Shown one piece after another: positions 9,880 through 22,200 of a DNA stretch of 64,000 nucleotides (position 1 is the first letter of the stretch; each line of letters starts with the position of its first letter). The notes under the pieces are model-generated. The model was given only the letters and a program-made list of their open reading frames with translations. It did no database searches and had not been told where the DNA came from. This stretch comes from Rebecca billardiae RCC1528 (lineage: Eukaryota > Protista > Haptophyta): assembly GCA_965240325.2 (NCBI GenBank), contig OZ251251.1:496001-560000 (forward strand), read 5' to 3'. Made by a program: the position numbers and the translations under genes.

Positions 9880-11381
9880 GCGCGGCGGGCGGCGGTGGCG
9901 GCGGCGGCGCGGCGGCAGCCGCCGACGCCGCCGATGCGGCGGCCCTCGACGCGCCGGCCGCGCTCGCGGCGGCGCGGCACGCGCTCGGCCTCGACGAGCC
10001 GCACGCCGCCGACCCGTCACACTCACCACCGCCGTCGCCCGAGCCGGCGCGCGGCGCGGCGGCGGCGGCGGCGCCGCCGCCGCCGGTGGCGCCGCCGCGG
10101 CTTCGCTCGCTGCGCGCCGCCGTGGTGCTTCCTACTCACGTGGGTAATTTACTCGTGGGCGCGCGGCGGTTCGTCGAGGAGGAGCTGGCTGCGGCGGAGG
10201 GCGGCGGCGGCGCGGCCGGGCTGGGCGTGGTGGGCTCGCGCCTCTCCGACCGCCGCCTCGCGCAGGCGGCGCGCGCGCTACGCGTGTGCGCGGCCGCGCA
10301 CGGCCGCGCGCGCGTCGGCGCGCTGGACTGCTTGGCTGTGCTGCCGCCGACGCTGAGTCCGGAGCCGGCGCAGTCCGGCGCGCTGCGCGAGTGGGTGGCG
10401 GCGCGGTGCGTGCCCGAGCCCGCGCTCGGCCCGCTCGCCTTCGTCCTGCGCGAGCTCGCCGACGAGGCGCGCTCCGAGCTCCGAGCCACCGGCGGCGAGC
10501 TTCTTGCAAGCCGCGGCGCGCCGGCGCGCGCCGCGGCCGCGCTGCGCCGACTCGGCGCGAGCGCACGGGAAGTGTGCGCGGCGGTGCGCGCGGAGATGGG
10601 CGAGCTCGAGGCGTGCGTGGACGAGCTCGAGGGCGGGGCGGGCGGGACCAACGCCGCCTCGCCCGCCGACGCCGCGCCGCCCGCCGACGCCGCCGACGCC
10701 GCCGCAGCCGCCGCACCGCCCGCCGCCGCCGCCGCCGCCGCGCCGCCCGCCGCCGCCGCCGCCGCCGCCGCTTCGGCCGCTTCGCTCCCGCACCTGTTCC
10801 TCGAGGCGGCGGAGGCGGCGGCGGCGGTGGCGGAGCTCGGCCCGCGCGCGCGCGCGCGGCTCGCCGCCGCCGCCGCGCTGCTCGAGCAGGCGCGCCGCGC
10901 GGCAGACGCACTCGACGGCGCCGCCGCCGACGCGGCGGCGGCGGCCGCCGCCGACGCGGGCGGCGACGGCGCGCGCCGCGCGGCAGAGGAAGCGGAGCGG
11001 CGTCTGGCGCGGATCGAGGCGCTGGCGGCGGAGCTGGCGGACGGCGGGGGCACGGCGGAGGGGCGCGCGATGCGCGCCGCCGCCGCCGCCGCCGCCACCG
11101 CCGCTGCGCCGCCGCCGCCGCCCGCCGCCGCCGCCGCCGCAAGCGCGGCCGGTGGCACGGCCGCGGCCGCGGCCTCGGCCGCCGCCGACGCTGACGCTGC
11201 CGACGCCGCCGCCTCGGCGGAGCCCGAGGCCGGGCTGGGCGAGTTCTCGGAGGAGGAGCTGCGGATGGGCGTGAAGGAGGCGCGCGCCACGTTCTCGCCC
11301 GCGCTCTTCCGCACGTGGAAGCGCGCCAAGCGCGCGGCGGCCGCCGCCGCGCGTGAGCAGGCGGCCGCCAGGCGCCAGTGA
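7110..11381 (+). CDS. ViaA-like VWA domain fused to RavA-like MoxR AAA+ ATPase, with N-terminal signal/transit-like leader
   Basis: 1423-aa uninterrupted ORF. VWA MIDAS VCVDTSASM (8403), FGGGTD, DLVLVSDGE. AAA+ Walker A GPPGTAKS (9387), SRFSPPDELFGPLS, Walker B FLDEVFKA, LNSLLGVLNER, GASNELP, ALWDRF, SDRR, all matching RavA-subfamily signatures. Confidence 0.9.
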
Positions 11382-11657
11382 TGCCGGCCGAATAAAGACT
11401 TGCATCTGAGTTGCATGACTTGTGTAACCGTCAAGGTCGTTACTGTACGCGACAATAACTCGAGGAAAAAGATCCGCGGCCCCGGCCGTGCTACGCAAAC
11501 GATATCCTCACCGGTGACTGGCACCCTTGCTGGCACTACGGTGGCAAGTGGCAGACTGACTGGCTACCACTCTCACAACTCACTGTCTGAAACCGACACG
11601 GTGACGGTGACCATTTAGACCAACTTAGCCGACCGGGCATCTGTTGAGGAGACTGAG

Positions 11658-11889
11658 TGACGACCAGCCGGGGTCATCGTGCGGCGCTGAAGGCGAGTGA
11701 AGCCTGGCCAGACCTGTGACTCGGGCAGTGACTGAGTGGTCACTGCACCTGACCACCCGTACGGCCCGCCTCACCAGCACGGCCGATGACGACCAGCCGG
11801 GGTCATCGTGCGGCGCTGAAGCCTGGCCAGACCTGTGACTGAGTGGTCACGGCACCTGACCACCTACGGCCCCCTCACCAGCACGGCCG
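11658..11889 (+). repeat. Imperfect tandem duplication (~128 and ~103 bp)
   Basis: tgacgaccagccggggtcatcgtgcggcgctgaa...ctcaccagcacggccg at 11658-11785 and 11787-11889. Confidence 0.9.
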
Positions 11890-13074
11890 TAACGGGCGTC
11901 TGTACAGAGTAGTGCGTCCGACCGGGCCGCCCTCCAGCACGAGCCGCACGCTAGGTGGCGCGCTCCTTCCGCTTCCCTGCCGATTCAGATTTGACACCTG
12001 GCATCATTGGTCCCGTGAGCTGCGGCTGCTGCAGCCGCAACGTGCTGGCGCGGCGAGACAGCCTGGAGTGAGTGCGGACCAAGACCGTGACACTAAGCAC
12101 CGTGGCTTACTCGTGCAGCATCCGCACCGTGCGCGCACAAAGAGTTCATAGCGTAACGCAGGGCGACGCGCGCGCGCGGCGAGCGAGCCGGACAACCACC
12201 GCCCGCCTCCACATGCAGCCCCCGCGCGCGCGGCGCGCACCATGACCATCCGCCCCAGAGTGCCGCATAGCGCGCAGCGTGCGCGGTCGCACCTGGGTCG
12301 TTGGACGTATGCCGTGGCGCGGGCACGGCGCGGCGATGCCGCGCTTGCTTCTCCCGGGGGCCTGAGGCCCCCACGCGCGGCGGACTTCGTGCGCGCGCCC
12401 CGCCTGATGAGCGCGCGGCGCGCGGCCATCGAGCCTCCATGTGCTGGGCCGTTGCGCGTGCCGCCTGGTGCGTATTCGGTCTCGTCAGATGCGTGCTCGG
12501 TCTCGTCAATCGTTACCCGCGTCGCTTGCGGCAGGCAGCCCCCCTTCTAGCGGTTCTCGAGGCCAAACCATCGACGCTTGGACGCCTACGGCCGCGCGAA
12601 GCGACGGCGCCGAGCGGGCGCGCGCGCCCGGTACGAGAGGTAGACTCCCACATCGTGCCTCCACACCCCGCCCGCGCCAGCGCACCCGCCCCTGGAGCTC
12701 TTCCCGCTCGTCGACGGCGCTCGGCACCCGAGCCGAGCCGAACGTGTGCACGGCGCACGACGCAGCGCGGCGCAACGGGCGCGGCGCGGCGCGCTCGGGC
12801 GAAAGTCCCCCGGGGCTCCGAGCGTACGGGCCGACGCGCCCACTCGCGGCGCGCTCCGCGCGCGCCCCGCCAAATGCGAGGTGACACACGAGGCGCGGGT
12901 CGAGACGCTCGGGGTGCTCGGCGCGGCCGTCAAACAGGGCCCCCCGCGAGTTGAAGAGCGTCCCCGGATTCCATTTTCCGGACTCTCCTTGATGCTGCGC
13001 AAAGCCGCGGGGGCGGCCGTCCCGTCGAAACGGACGTGCCCCCCCCGCGGAAAAACGCGCAAGGACAAGTGACG

Positions 13075-13456
13075 ATGGCGGATGAGGCGGACATTGACGG
13101 CGTAGGCGCCCCGCCCGCGCCGCCGTCGCCGCGCCGGCCGGCGCCGGCGTGCGACGAGTGCCGCGCGCGCCCGGCGACGCTGGAGGACGCCTCGCGCGCC
13201 GACGGCCTCCTCTACTGCGCGCCGTGCTGGGACGACGTGCGCGCGCGGCTCGCGGGCGCGGCGACGCTGCGCGCGCACGCGGTCGGGCCGCTCTCAGCGC
13301 GCCGCCGCACGCGCGCGCGCGAGTGCCGCAACCACCCGGCGCACACGCTCGAGCTGGTGGTGGGCGATGCGGTGCGCCACGCGCACCCCGCCGCCGACGC
13401 GCCCGGCGCGCCCACCGCCGCGCTCGCGGAGCACGCGCTGCTGTGGCCGACACCAG

Positions 13457-13497
<41 letters not shown>

Positions 13498-14293
13498 TCG
13501 GAGTCGGGCGAGGACGGGCGGCCGGTGGCGCAGCCGGCGCTCGACATGGCGCGCAGCCTGAGCCTCGCGTGCGAGCGCTGCGTCTCCGACGGCCTCGCCG
13601 ACGGCCGCGCGCCCCCTGTGCCACTTCTGCGCGCCGCCGCCGCCGCCGAGCTCCGAGTGCTGCGGTGGTCGGAGGCCGCGCGCGGCCGCGCGGCCGAGCT
13701 CGCGCGCGCGGCGGGCGCGGCGCGCGCGCGGCGCGCGGAGGCGGCGGCGGCGGCGGAGGCGGCGCGCGCGGAGCTGCGCGCGCGCTTCGCCGCGCTCCGC
13801 GCCGCGCTCGACGCGCGCGAAGCCGAGCTGGCCGCGGCGATCGATTCGCTCGACGAAGGCCGCGGCCGCGCGCTCGGCGCGCAGGCGGCGGACTTGGATG
13901 CGGCCGCGGCGGCGGTACGCGCGGAGGCGGAGCGCGCGGAGCGCGTGGCGCGCGCGTACGACGCGTACGAGCAGCTCGAGCACCACGCGGCGCTCTGCGC
14001 CCGCCTCGCCGCCGCGCGCCGCGCGCGCGCCGGACGCACCGCGCCGCGCGCGCGCGCCACCGTGCGCGTTGCGCTGAGCGCGCGCGCCGCCGGCGCGCTC
14101 GCGCGCTCCGGCGCTGTGCTCGGCGCGCCCGCGGCGCCGACGGTGGTTGGCGTGGCGCCGGCGGTGCTGCCGGCGCACGGCGAGGTGCTGCTCCGCGTCG
14201 AGCTCGCCCACGCCGCCGGGCTCGACGCCGCGCGCCTCGACGTGCGCGTCGGCGGGCTGCGGTGCAGAGAGGTGCGCTGGGCCACGGCCGAGC

Positions 14294-14325
<32 letters not shown>

Positions 14326-16071
14326 GAGGAGGAGGAGGGCGCGCGGCGCGTGCTGACGTGCATCGCGCCCGCCGGCGCGGGCGTGCAGCGCGTGCGCGTG
14401 CGCCTGCTGCCCGACGACTCCGGCGCAGACGGCGGCGCCGCCGACGCTGACGGCCGGCGGCGCGGCGCCGCGGCGGACGCCGCCGAGGCGGCGGGCGCGG
14501 CGGCGGACGCAGCGGACGGCGCGCCGGCCGAGCACGGAGGCGCGGAGGCGGCGGTGACGGTGCGGTATGCGCCGCCGCCGCTCGTCTGGTCCGCCGTGCC
14601 GCCGCCCGCCGCCGCAGGCGGCGCCGACGCCGGCTCCACCTCCATCGTCGTCGCGTCCGCCGCCGCGCCGTTCCCGCCGCCGCCGCCGCCGCCGCCGGCC
14701 GCCGCCGAGGATGGTGGCGCCTGGTGGCTGGGGGGCGGCGCGCTCGGCGGCGGCGGCGGTCGCATCGTGCTTTCGCGCGGGCGCACGCGCGCGCGCGTCG
14801 ACGCGGAGCGCGACGGGTGGCAGAGCGCCGTGTGCGAGGGCGCGTTCGCCGCGCGCGGCGACCACTTCTGGGAGTGCCTCGTCGAGCGCAGCTCGCATGG
14901 CGCCATTGTGGTTGGCGTTGCGTCGGCCGCGGCGTGCGGCGGCGGCGGCGCGGATGCGGGCGGCGGCGGCGAGGGCGGCGGCCGCGGCGGCGCGCGCGGC
15001 GGAGGGGGCGGCGGTGGGACGGTGGTGCACGCAGGCGGCGGCGGGCTGTGGACGCGGCCGGACGCGTGGGGTCTGCACTGCGGCACGGGCAACGCCGTCA
15101 CGAACGGCCACTGCGCACTGCCACCGGGCGCGCCGCCGGCCGAGGCGGGCTTGGCATATGCGCCGCCACTGCTGCGCCCGGCGGCAGCGGCGGCGGCGGA
15201 GGTGGGCGGCGGCCCGCAGCAGCCGAGCCGGCGCGGCGCGGCGCGGCCGGCGCTCGCGCGCGCGCTGTGGGCGACGACCGCGCCCACGCCGGGCGGCGCG
15301 CACACCGCCGCGCGCGCGCCGCCCACACCGTCCGCCGCCGCCGCCGCCGGAGGCGCCGTGCGAGTCGGCTGCGCGCTTCGAATCGGCGGCGGCGGTTTCG
15401 CCAGCCTCGGCTTCTGGGCGGACGGCCAGCCGCTGGGGCTGGCGTTCGGCCGGATCCCGGTGGGGACCGGGCTGGTGCCCTTCGTCGATCTGGCGCACGC
15501 GGGCGACTCGGCCGTTCTGCTCAGCGAGGCCGACGGCCTTGCGCTTCTCGCCGGCGGCGCGGCGAGCGCAGCGGGCGAGCGCGCACGCTCGCAGCTCCGG
15601 CCGGCGGCGGAGCGCGCGCCCGCCTCCAACGCTGCTCTTGCGCTCTCGAGGCTGCGGCTGCCGCCGCCGCTCGGAGGCGCGCGCGCCGCGCCTCCGAGTG
15701 GCGGCGCGACGACGCCGCACGCCACGCCCGCGAGCAGCCCCTTCGCGCACAGCTCAGCGTCGCTGCTTTCGGCGGCGGCGGCGTCGCCGCTTTCGGCGGC
15801 GGCGGCGGCGACGGCTGAGGCGCGCGCCCCACCGTGGGCCGCGGCCGCAGGCGAGTGTGTGAGTGCGAGCGCCGCCGCGGCGCGCAGCGGCAGCAGCCCG
15901 CACCGCGGCGCCGCTGGCCAGGGCGCGAGCACCCTCGACTGGGCGGCAAGTGCGCGCTCGACGGGCGGCGTAGCGCCGCCGCGCGGCGCGCTGCTGCCCA
16001 GCAGGGCGGACTACGATGCGGACGAGGAGGGGCTCGCGCGCGCGTGGGCGCGCGCGCTGCCGGCGGCATGA
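13075..16071 (+). CDS. RING-less TRIM-like protein: B-box-like Zn fingers, coiled coil, IPT/TIG-like domain, SPRY/B30.2
   Basis: CDEC...YCAPCWDDV..H; CRNHPAH...CERC; heptad region ELRARFAALRAALDAREAEL; PTVVGVAP...VRVGG..C...LTCIAPAG; GDHFWECLV, IVVGVAS, VRVGCAL, LGFWADGQPLGLAF, LVPFVDL. Confidence 0.8.
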
Positions 16072-16222
16072 TCGTCGAGGTAGCACGGCGCATGTATACG
16101 GCACGGCGGTGGCCGGCGCGCGCAGATCACAGGCTACCAGCCTGCAAATAGTAGAATCTGAATTGTACTGCTAGCGCGCAGTAATACAGTCAGTAAGTGG
16201 GCACCGCAGCGCGGACACTGCC

Positions 16223-16291
16223 TACGCAGGGCCACGGCTGCTCCGAATCTTGACTCAAGATTCGGAGCAGCCGTGGGCGTGGCCCTGCGTA
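16223..16291. repeat. TA-bounded near-perfect 69-bp hairpin (possible micro-MITE)
   Basis: tacgcagggccacggctgctccgaatcttga-c-tcaagattcggagcagccgtgg[gcgtgg]ccctgcgta. Confidence 0.85.
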
Positions 16292-17427
16292 TCGATCCTG
16301 CGCTGATGGCTGATGAATCGTTCTATATATCTGTCCGGGCTATTCGTCACGGATCCGGCGGGCAGCACTTGCCTGCGGCTCATCATCACACCGCTTCGGC
16401 GGCAGCGTACCGTGGCGTGAATGATGAATTTATTACCGACGCCGCGCCATCTGAAGCGCGCGCGCGACGCGGTACCGACGGTACGGGCCGAACCGCACCC
16501 GCGGCACCGACGGTGGTGGGCGCGACGGTACTGCGGAGTGCGGCCCGTCACGGGCCGCGCGGCGCGCCAGGCATGCTAGCCTAGCTCGCCGCGGGTGTCG
16601 GACGGGCCGCTGGCCGCGTCCGCCCGAGCGCAGCGGCATCGCCCGATCCGCGTCGGTGCGGTGCTCGCGGATACACTGTACTAATCCGCGTGCGTCAGTG
16701 ACTACGAGCGAGTATGACACTAGTGCCCATCAGTGACAGCACCAACTCAGCAGAAAGTGGTCAGTCGATCGGCCACTCGGCGGACCCGGATCATCAGTTG
16801 ATTGCGCGGGCCGGCTGAGAGTGCCCGCCCGTGGCAGGCGTCGTGCCACGCCGGCTCGGGCTGGCCTTCCGAGTAATCTACCGGGTCATCTAACGGCAGC
16901 CATGAGAACGTCGTACAACCAATGCATACGATTTGCCCGGTGGAGCGCGCGCTGAAGCGCGGCGTTGTGTACGGAGCTCCCTGCCGACGCGCTTAGCCGA
17001 CGCGGGCGGCCCGTCGCGGCGCCGGAGCAGAGCACGCGGCCTCGACACAGGACGACTCGGTGGACATTGACTTTGATTCCCTGCCACCCGCTCATTCGCC
17101 CACCGCGCGACGAAAGACTGGGCTCTGGATGCAAAAAGGAAATTCCGCCGGTTCCGCGTGGGTCCAGGCCTCGTCCGCCATTGGGGCTCGACGAAGCAAA
17201 AGCTTGCGCCTTTGCCTCGGCTGGAGAACATGACTAGAGGTTCGGGCTCGACCTGACCGGCCGATGCCTCCAGATCGATCAATCAGAGACCGCGATTGGC
17301 GAAGTCGAGTGGAGCCTTCCACTTTCACGGGGAAAGCTAGCGGAAAGCCGAAAGCGTCTCGACCGCAAAGCCGCACGCCTCGATCCGACCCAACCCGTTC
17401 GCACACGACCCCACCCGCCTCGCTGCG

Positions 17428-17757
17428 ATGACGATCAGCGACCAGCTAACATCAAGCCCGCCGCCGCACCCGCCAAAGGGCTCGCCAGAGCTCGCGCCGA
17501 CGATGCACGCGCCCCGGCACCACACGTTCAAGAAGCAGTCCTCGCTCGAAGACGTGCTCGGAGAATCTCGCGAGAAGCGACCGTCGGTCTCCGAGCTCGT
17601 GTCCGAGGAGTTCCGAAAGCCGTTCACGCTCGCGGTGGACGCGCGCCTGAGAGAAGGTGCGCGCATCGGCAACAGTCGCACCGCGGCCGCCGCCTCGGCT
17701 GCGTCTAAGACGCGCCCGCCCGCGCCCCGCGCCAACGCAGCTGCGCGCGTCGCCTAG
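17428..17757 (+). CDS. Small hypothetical protein (109 aa)
   Basis: ATG-initiated ORF with coding-like codon pattern (ttc aag aag cag tcc; gag ttc cga aag ccg ttc). No motif. Confidence 0.5.
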   Translation: MTISDQLTSSPPPHPPKGSPELAPTMHAPRHHTFKKQSSLEDVLGESREKRPSVSELVSEEFRKPFTLAVDARLREGARIGNSRTAAAASAASKTRPPAPRANAAARVA

Positions 17758-18734
17758 GTGCCGTCGATCACTCGCCCAGCCACTCCTCGGGCCATCCTGC
17801 GCCCGTCCCGGGTTGCGCGCCCGCTCGTGAGTCGTGAGAGCGACGCGCGGGGACAGCATGCACACCAACTGAGGCGCTCGAGCTTGCGCTTCCGCGCGAT
17901 GGCTCGCCGATGGCCTCGGCACGGTGTGCCGTGATCGCGGCCGGCGCCGGCGGCCGTCAACTCCCGGTCCCGCGGCCGGCCGGACCCGAGCCGCAGCCGA
18001 TGAGGCTCTGCGCCGAGCTGCCGCCCGACGGCCCGAACGAGAGCTGGCTCGTGCAGGGGCGTCCGTGAGCAACGTCGATGTAGTGGTCGGGCGCATCAGC
18101 GCTTGACCGCGCCGCCACGCCGCCACAAATCGTCGTTGATGCTCGGCGCTTACGGACCCTACGCGCGGGACTCGGGACGGTCCTGTCCGCCGGGCGCCGG
18201 GCCGGCGGGCCGGGGGCGGGGGCCCGGGGCCAATGCCAGTGCCGCGTATTACTTGTCATCGGTATCGTCTAGTAGCGCATCAGCAGCATCGATCATCATA
18301 CGCCACAGCGCGGCGCGCGCGCGCCGACCGTCTACTAGTCGGTAGTACGGCCGCCACGACTCGCTGCACGGTACCCGGTAGCATTACTAGCAGCTGCTAG
18401 TCGTGCGGTATCCTGATCCGAGCTCGTCATCAGCGACCGGAGCGTCTGCTCAGCCAGTAGCAGCGCTGCAGCGCGGTCCAGCCGTGAGGCGTAACGACTG
18501 ACGAGTCAGCACGCAGTCGTCATCATCAGCTGCAGCAGGCATCCGCCGCACGCGGGCACCAGCATCATCATCCCTGCTGTGCACTGAGCCGCAGCGCCAT
18601 CCGTGAATCATCGCTGCGATGCGCACTGGGGCACGCGAGGCAGCCCGCGAGGCGCAGCATCGGCGCGTGCCGAGCACCGTCGCCCTCTCAGGATGCTGCC
18701 GGCGGCGGCCCCAACTTGCGGCCGACGGCGGCAG

Positions 18735-19060
18735 AGCCATGGGCGCACGCGTGCACGCAGCCCGGTCGGCCGTGACGTACACGGCGCGTGGCTGGGCGAG
18801 AGCACACAGGCGGCTGACACGCGCCGGCCGCCCAGAAGCTCTGCCACGCGCCCCGGCACGGAGGGGTCTGCCGACGCTGGGCGGCGGAGCTGCGCGTACC
18901 GGTTCTCCCCGAACGTGTGCACGCTGCCGTCAGCGCCCAGCACCGCGCTGCCAGCAGGCCCAGAGCTGGCACTCACAGCGCGCACACCGCCGAGTGAAGC
19001 GATGGGGCGTAGGCAGGTGCTGCCCGAGTGTAGAGCCATCGCCGAGCTGGCCGCAAAAGC
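18735..19060 (-). pseudogene. Frameshifted RCC1-repeat gene fragment
   Basis: GQLGDG, IASLGGVRAVSASSGPAGSAVLGADGSVHTFGENRYAQL and VYVTAD fall in different frames and are colinear with the C-terminal blades of the 58073-59560 protein. Confidence 0.75.
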
Positions 19061-19291
19061 GTGCGCACGCGCGAGCTGGAGGACGTGCAGTCTGCAGACC
19101 CGGACTGCGCCCCGGACCACTCCCCCGACAGGCGACAGGCGACACGCTGTGGGTTGGTCCGGTACGGTCCGGCTGCAGACTGGGAGGAGGCAGCGCGCGC
19201 TCGTGGCCGCGTGCGCGCGCGCGCTCGCGTGGCTAGCGTGGCCACTCGGCGTGGCCACTCGCCACAACGCCCCCCGCCGGCCGCCCCGCGC

Positions 19292-22200
19292 CTACTCCTC
19301 GTCGCCACTGCTCTCCGCAGCGGCCGCGGCGGCCATGGCCGAGCCGCACGCCGTCTGCGCGGCGCAGAGCGGGCGCGCGCGCCGGAAGGCGAACACCTCG
19401 TCGACCGTGCGCAGCTCGACGAGGGGCGGCGGCACGCTCACGCTGGGCGGCGGCGCGGCGGCGGCGGGCGCGGCCGCGGCGGCCGCGGGTGCCGCCTCGG
19501 CGGGCTCGGCGCCGCCGGCCGCCGCGCGCGAGCCCGCGTGCACGCACACGATCATCTTGCGCCGCCGCGCGCCGCCGGGCGCAATGTACCGCTCCCAGAA
19601 CGCGGCGATCTCCGGCTGCGAGATCGTCGCGAGCGCCTCCGCCTCCTTGCGCGCGCGCGCAAAGTCGAGCGTGCCCGAGAAGATCTCGGCCCAATCTCGC
19701 GTCGTCTCGTCGGCCATGGCCTTGTCGCGCTGCAGCCTCGACTCGATCAGCGAGGTCGCGAAGCGGCGGAACTCTTCCGCGGGCAGCGCGCGCAGCACGG
19801 CGCCGAACCCCGCGAGGAACGTCTGCGCGGAGGCGCCGCGCGCGCAGGGGCGGGCGGGCGGGCGGGCAAGGGTGGGCGGGCGCGCGCGCGCGCGAGGGCG
19901 AGGGCGCGGCGGACGGAGGCGAGGGCGCGCGCTCGGCGGCGATGCCGCAGCGGCACCGCGGTGAGCTGGGGCCAGGCTGGCGCGGCGGCGGCGCACAGCC
20001 AGCGGCGGCTGCGGCGGCGGCTGCGGCGGCTGCAGCGCGCGCACCTCCGTCCGCGCCTCGAGCTCCTGCGGCGGCTGCACCTTGCTCTGCACGACGAGGC
20101 GGAGGCAGCGCACGCCCGCGACCGAGCGCTCAAGCGTTGCCACGATATAGCCAAGCTGCTCGGTTGTGCGGAGCTGCGCGTACGCGCGCGGTTCGCAAAT
20201 GGCGGCGGCGAGCGCGAGGAGCGCGTCGCGTCTCGGCGTGGAGCGGCCGATCTGGAGGGTGAGGTCGATGGCGGCGTTGCCCTCCAGCTCGTTCGCCGCG
20301 GCCGAGACGTGGCGCACGCCCGCGCGGCCGGCGGAGGGCGCCGCGCGCGGGAGCCACACGCAGCGTGACATGGGCGCGCGCGCGTCGTCGAGCGGCGCGC
20401 CGCCCGCGTCGCCGGGCGCGAGCAGCGCGCCGCCGACGACGCGCGCGAGGGCCGCCGCCTCGTCCGCGGTCGCGTTGCCGTGGACGAGCATGTCGATCGC
20501 GACGCCGTCGGCGAAGAGCCGCGCGCCGACGAACTCGCGCAGCGCGTGCGCCGTGCACGCGCCCGTGTCTGCTAGGAACGCTGCGTACTGCCTCAGGTGC
20601 CATTTGCCAGAGTCGAGCGCGTGAGCAGCGTGGTAGTCAGCGGCGCCGTACGGCGCGCCCTTCCAAAAGTTGGCGTAGTCGAGCGCCTGCTGCTCGCGGT
20701 AGATCTCGAAGCGCTCCGGCTGGATCGCCTCGCCGCGCATCGCCGCCATCTTGCCGACGATCCGCTGCAGCAGCAGCGGCAGCTTGTGACTAAACCCGGC
20801 CAGCTTGAGCGTCAGCCCGCGCGCGGTGTTGTAGAGAGTGTAGTGCAGATCGGCGACCTCGGCGTGGTACGCGAAGCACTGGAGCGCGTCGGAGAGGAGG
20901 CGCGTGTACAGGTTGCACAGGACGGTCGCGCTCGGCGACGCGTACGCCGCCGCCATGCGCAGCTGCACGTACACGGCTGTTGGGCACGCGGCGGACGCGG
21001 CCGCGCGGGCGGCGCGGGCGGCGCGGGCGCGGCGGCGGCGGCGGCGCGCGCGGCGCGGCGCGCGCGCGTGAGCACGGGCTGGCCGAGCGGCGCGGCGCGC
21101 GCGCGGCGAGGCGCGGCGCGGCGCGGGTCGCGCGCGCGCGCGCACCGAGCCGCGGCTTGAGGAAGGTCCGGTCGAGCTTGTGCCACAGCTGAATGCCGGC
21201 GGGCAGCGGCGGCGTCGGGCTCAGCTCGGTCGGCGGTCCGGGCAGCGAGCGGCCGCCGAGCACGGCGGCGAGCGCCTCGGCGGCGGCGGGCGCGAGCTCG
21301 GGCGGCGGCGGCGGCGCGGGCGGCGGCGGCTCGTCCGCCGCCGCGGGCGCGAGCGCGCGCACGCTGAAGTCCGTCGGCACGAACGGGTTCGGCTCGGGCA
21401 TCGCGAGCGGCGGCGATCGGCCGGCGCCGTCCGCCGCGCGCGCGTCCACGTCAGCCCAGCGCGAGATTGCATCTGGCTCGAGCGGGCTCAGGCGGAAGGG
21501 CGTGCCGTACCAGCGCTCGCGGCGCCACGCGCCGTCCGCGGGCGGCGGCGCGCTGCCCGACGTCGCGGACCCGCCCCCCGCCGCGCCGCCCGCGCCAGCC
21601 GCGCCATCCGCGCCATCCGCGCCCGCCGCGCCGCCGGCCGCGCCGGCACCCGCGCCGGCCGCGCCGCCGGCGCCGGTCGCGGCGCCGCCCTCCGCCGCCT
21701 TCACCTCGCCGTCGCCCACGCCCTCGCCCACCGCGGCGGCGGCCTCGTCGGCGTAGCGGCGCGAGACGTGCGTGGCCATCGCCTCGTGCGGCGCGAGCGC
21801 GTCGAGGAACGGGCCGAGCACGCCCGTGCCCGCCGCGCGCGCCGTGTGCAGCGCCGGCCCAGTCAGCACCTCGGCAGGCGGGTAGTGGCACAGGGCAAGA
21901 GACAGCGACTGCGCGCGCGCGAGCGGCTCGCCACGCTCCTCGAAGGCGAAGGCGAGCTGCGCGAGGCCGACGAGCTCGTCCTCCGCGCGCTCGTGCGCGC
22001 CGCCCCGCACGGCGCGCACCACCGCCACGTACTCGAACAGCGCGTCCAGGACGTCGCCGATCCGACCGTCTCCCTCCTCCGTAAGTTCGACCGAGACAGC
22101 AAACATCGCCCAGCCGTCGAGGCCGAGCCGCTCGCCGGCGGAGAGCGACTCGGCCCAGCCGCGCGCCTTGAGCAGGTGCAGGAGCGAGCCCTCGGACTCG

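Noticed and set aside
7181-15932. Large antisense and alternative-frame ORFs over the main genes
   Set aside because: Shadow ORFs expected at this GC content; no motifs.
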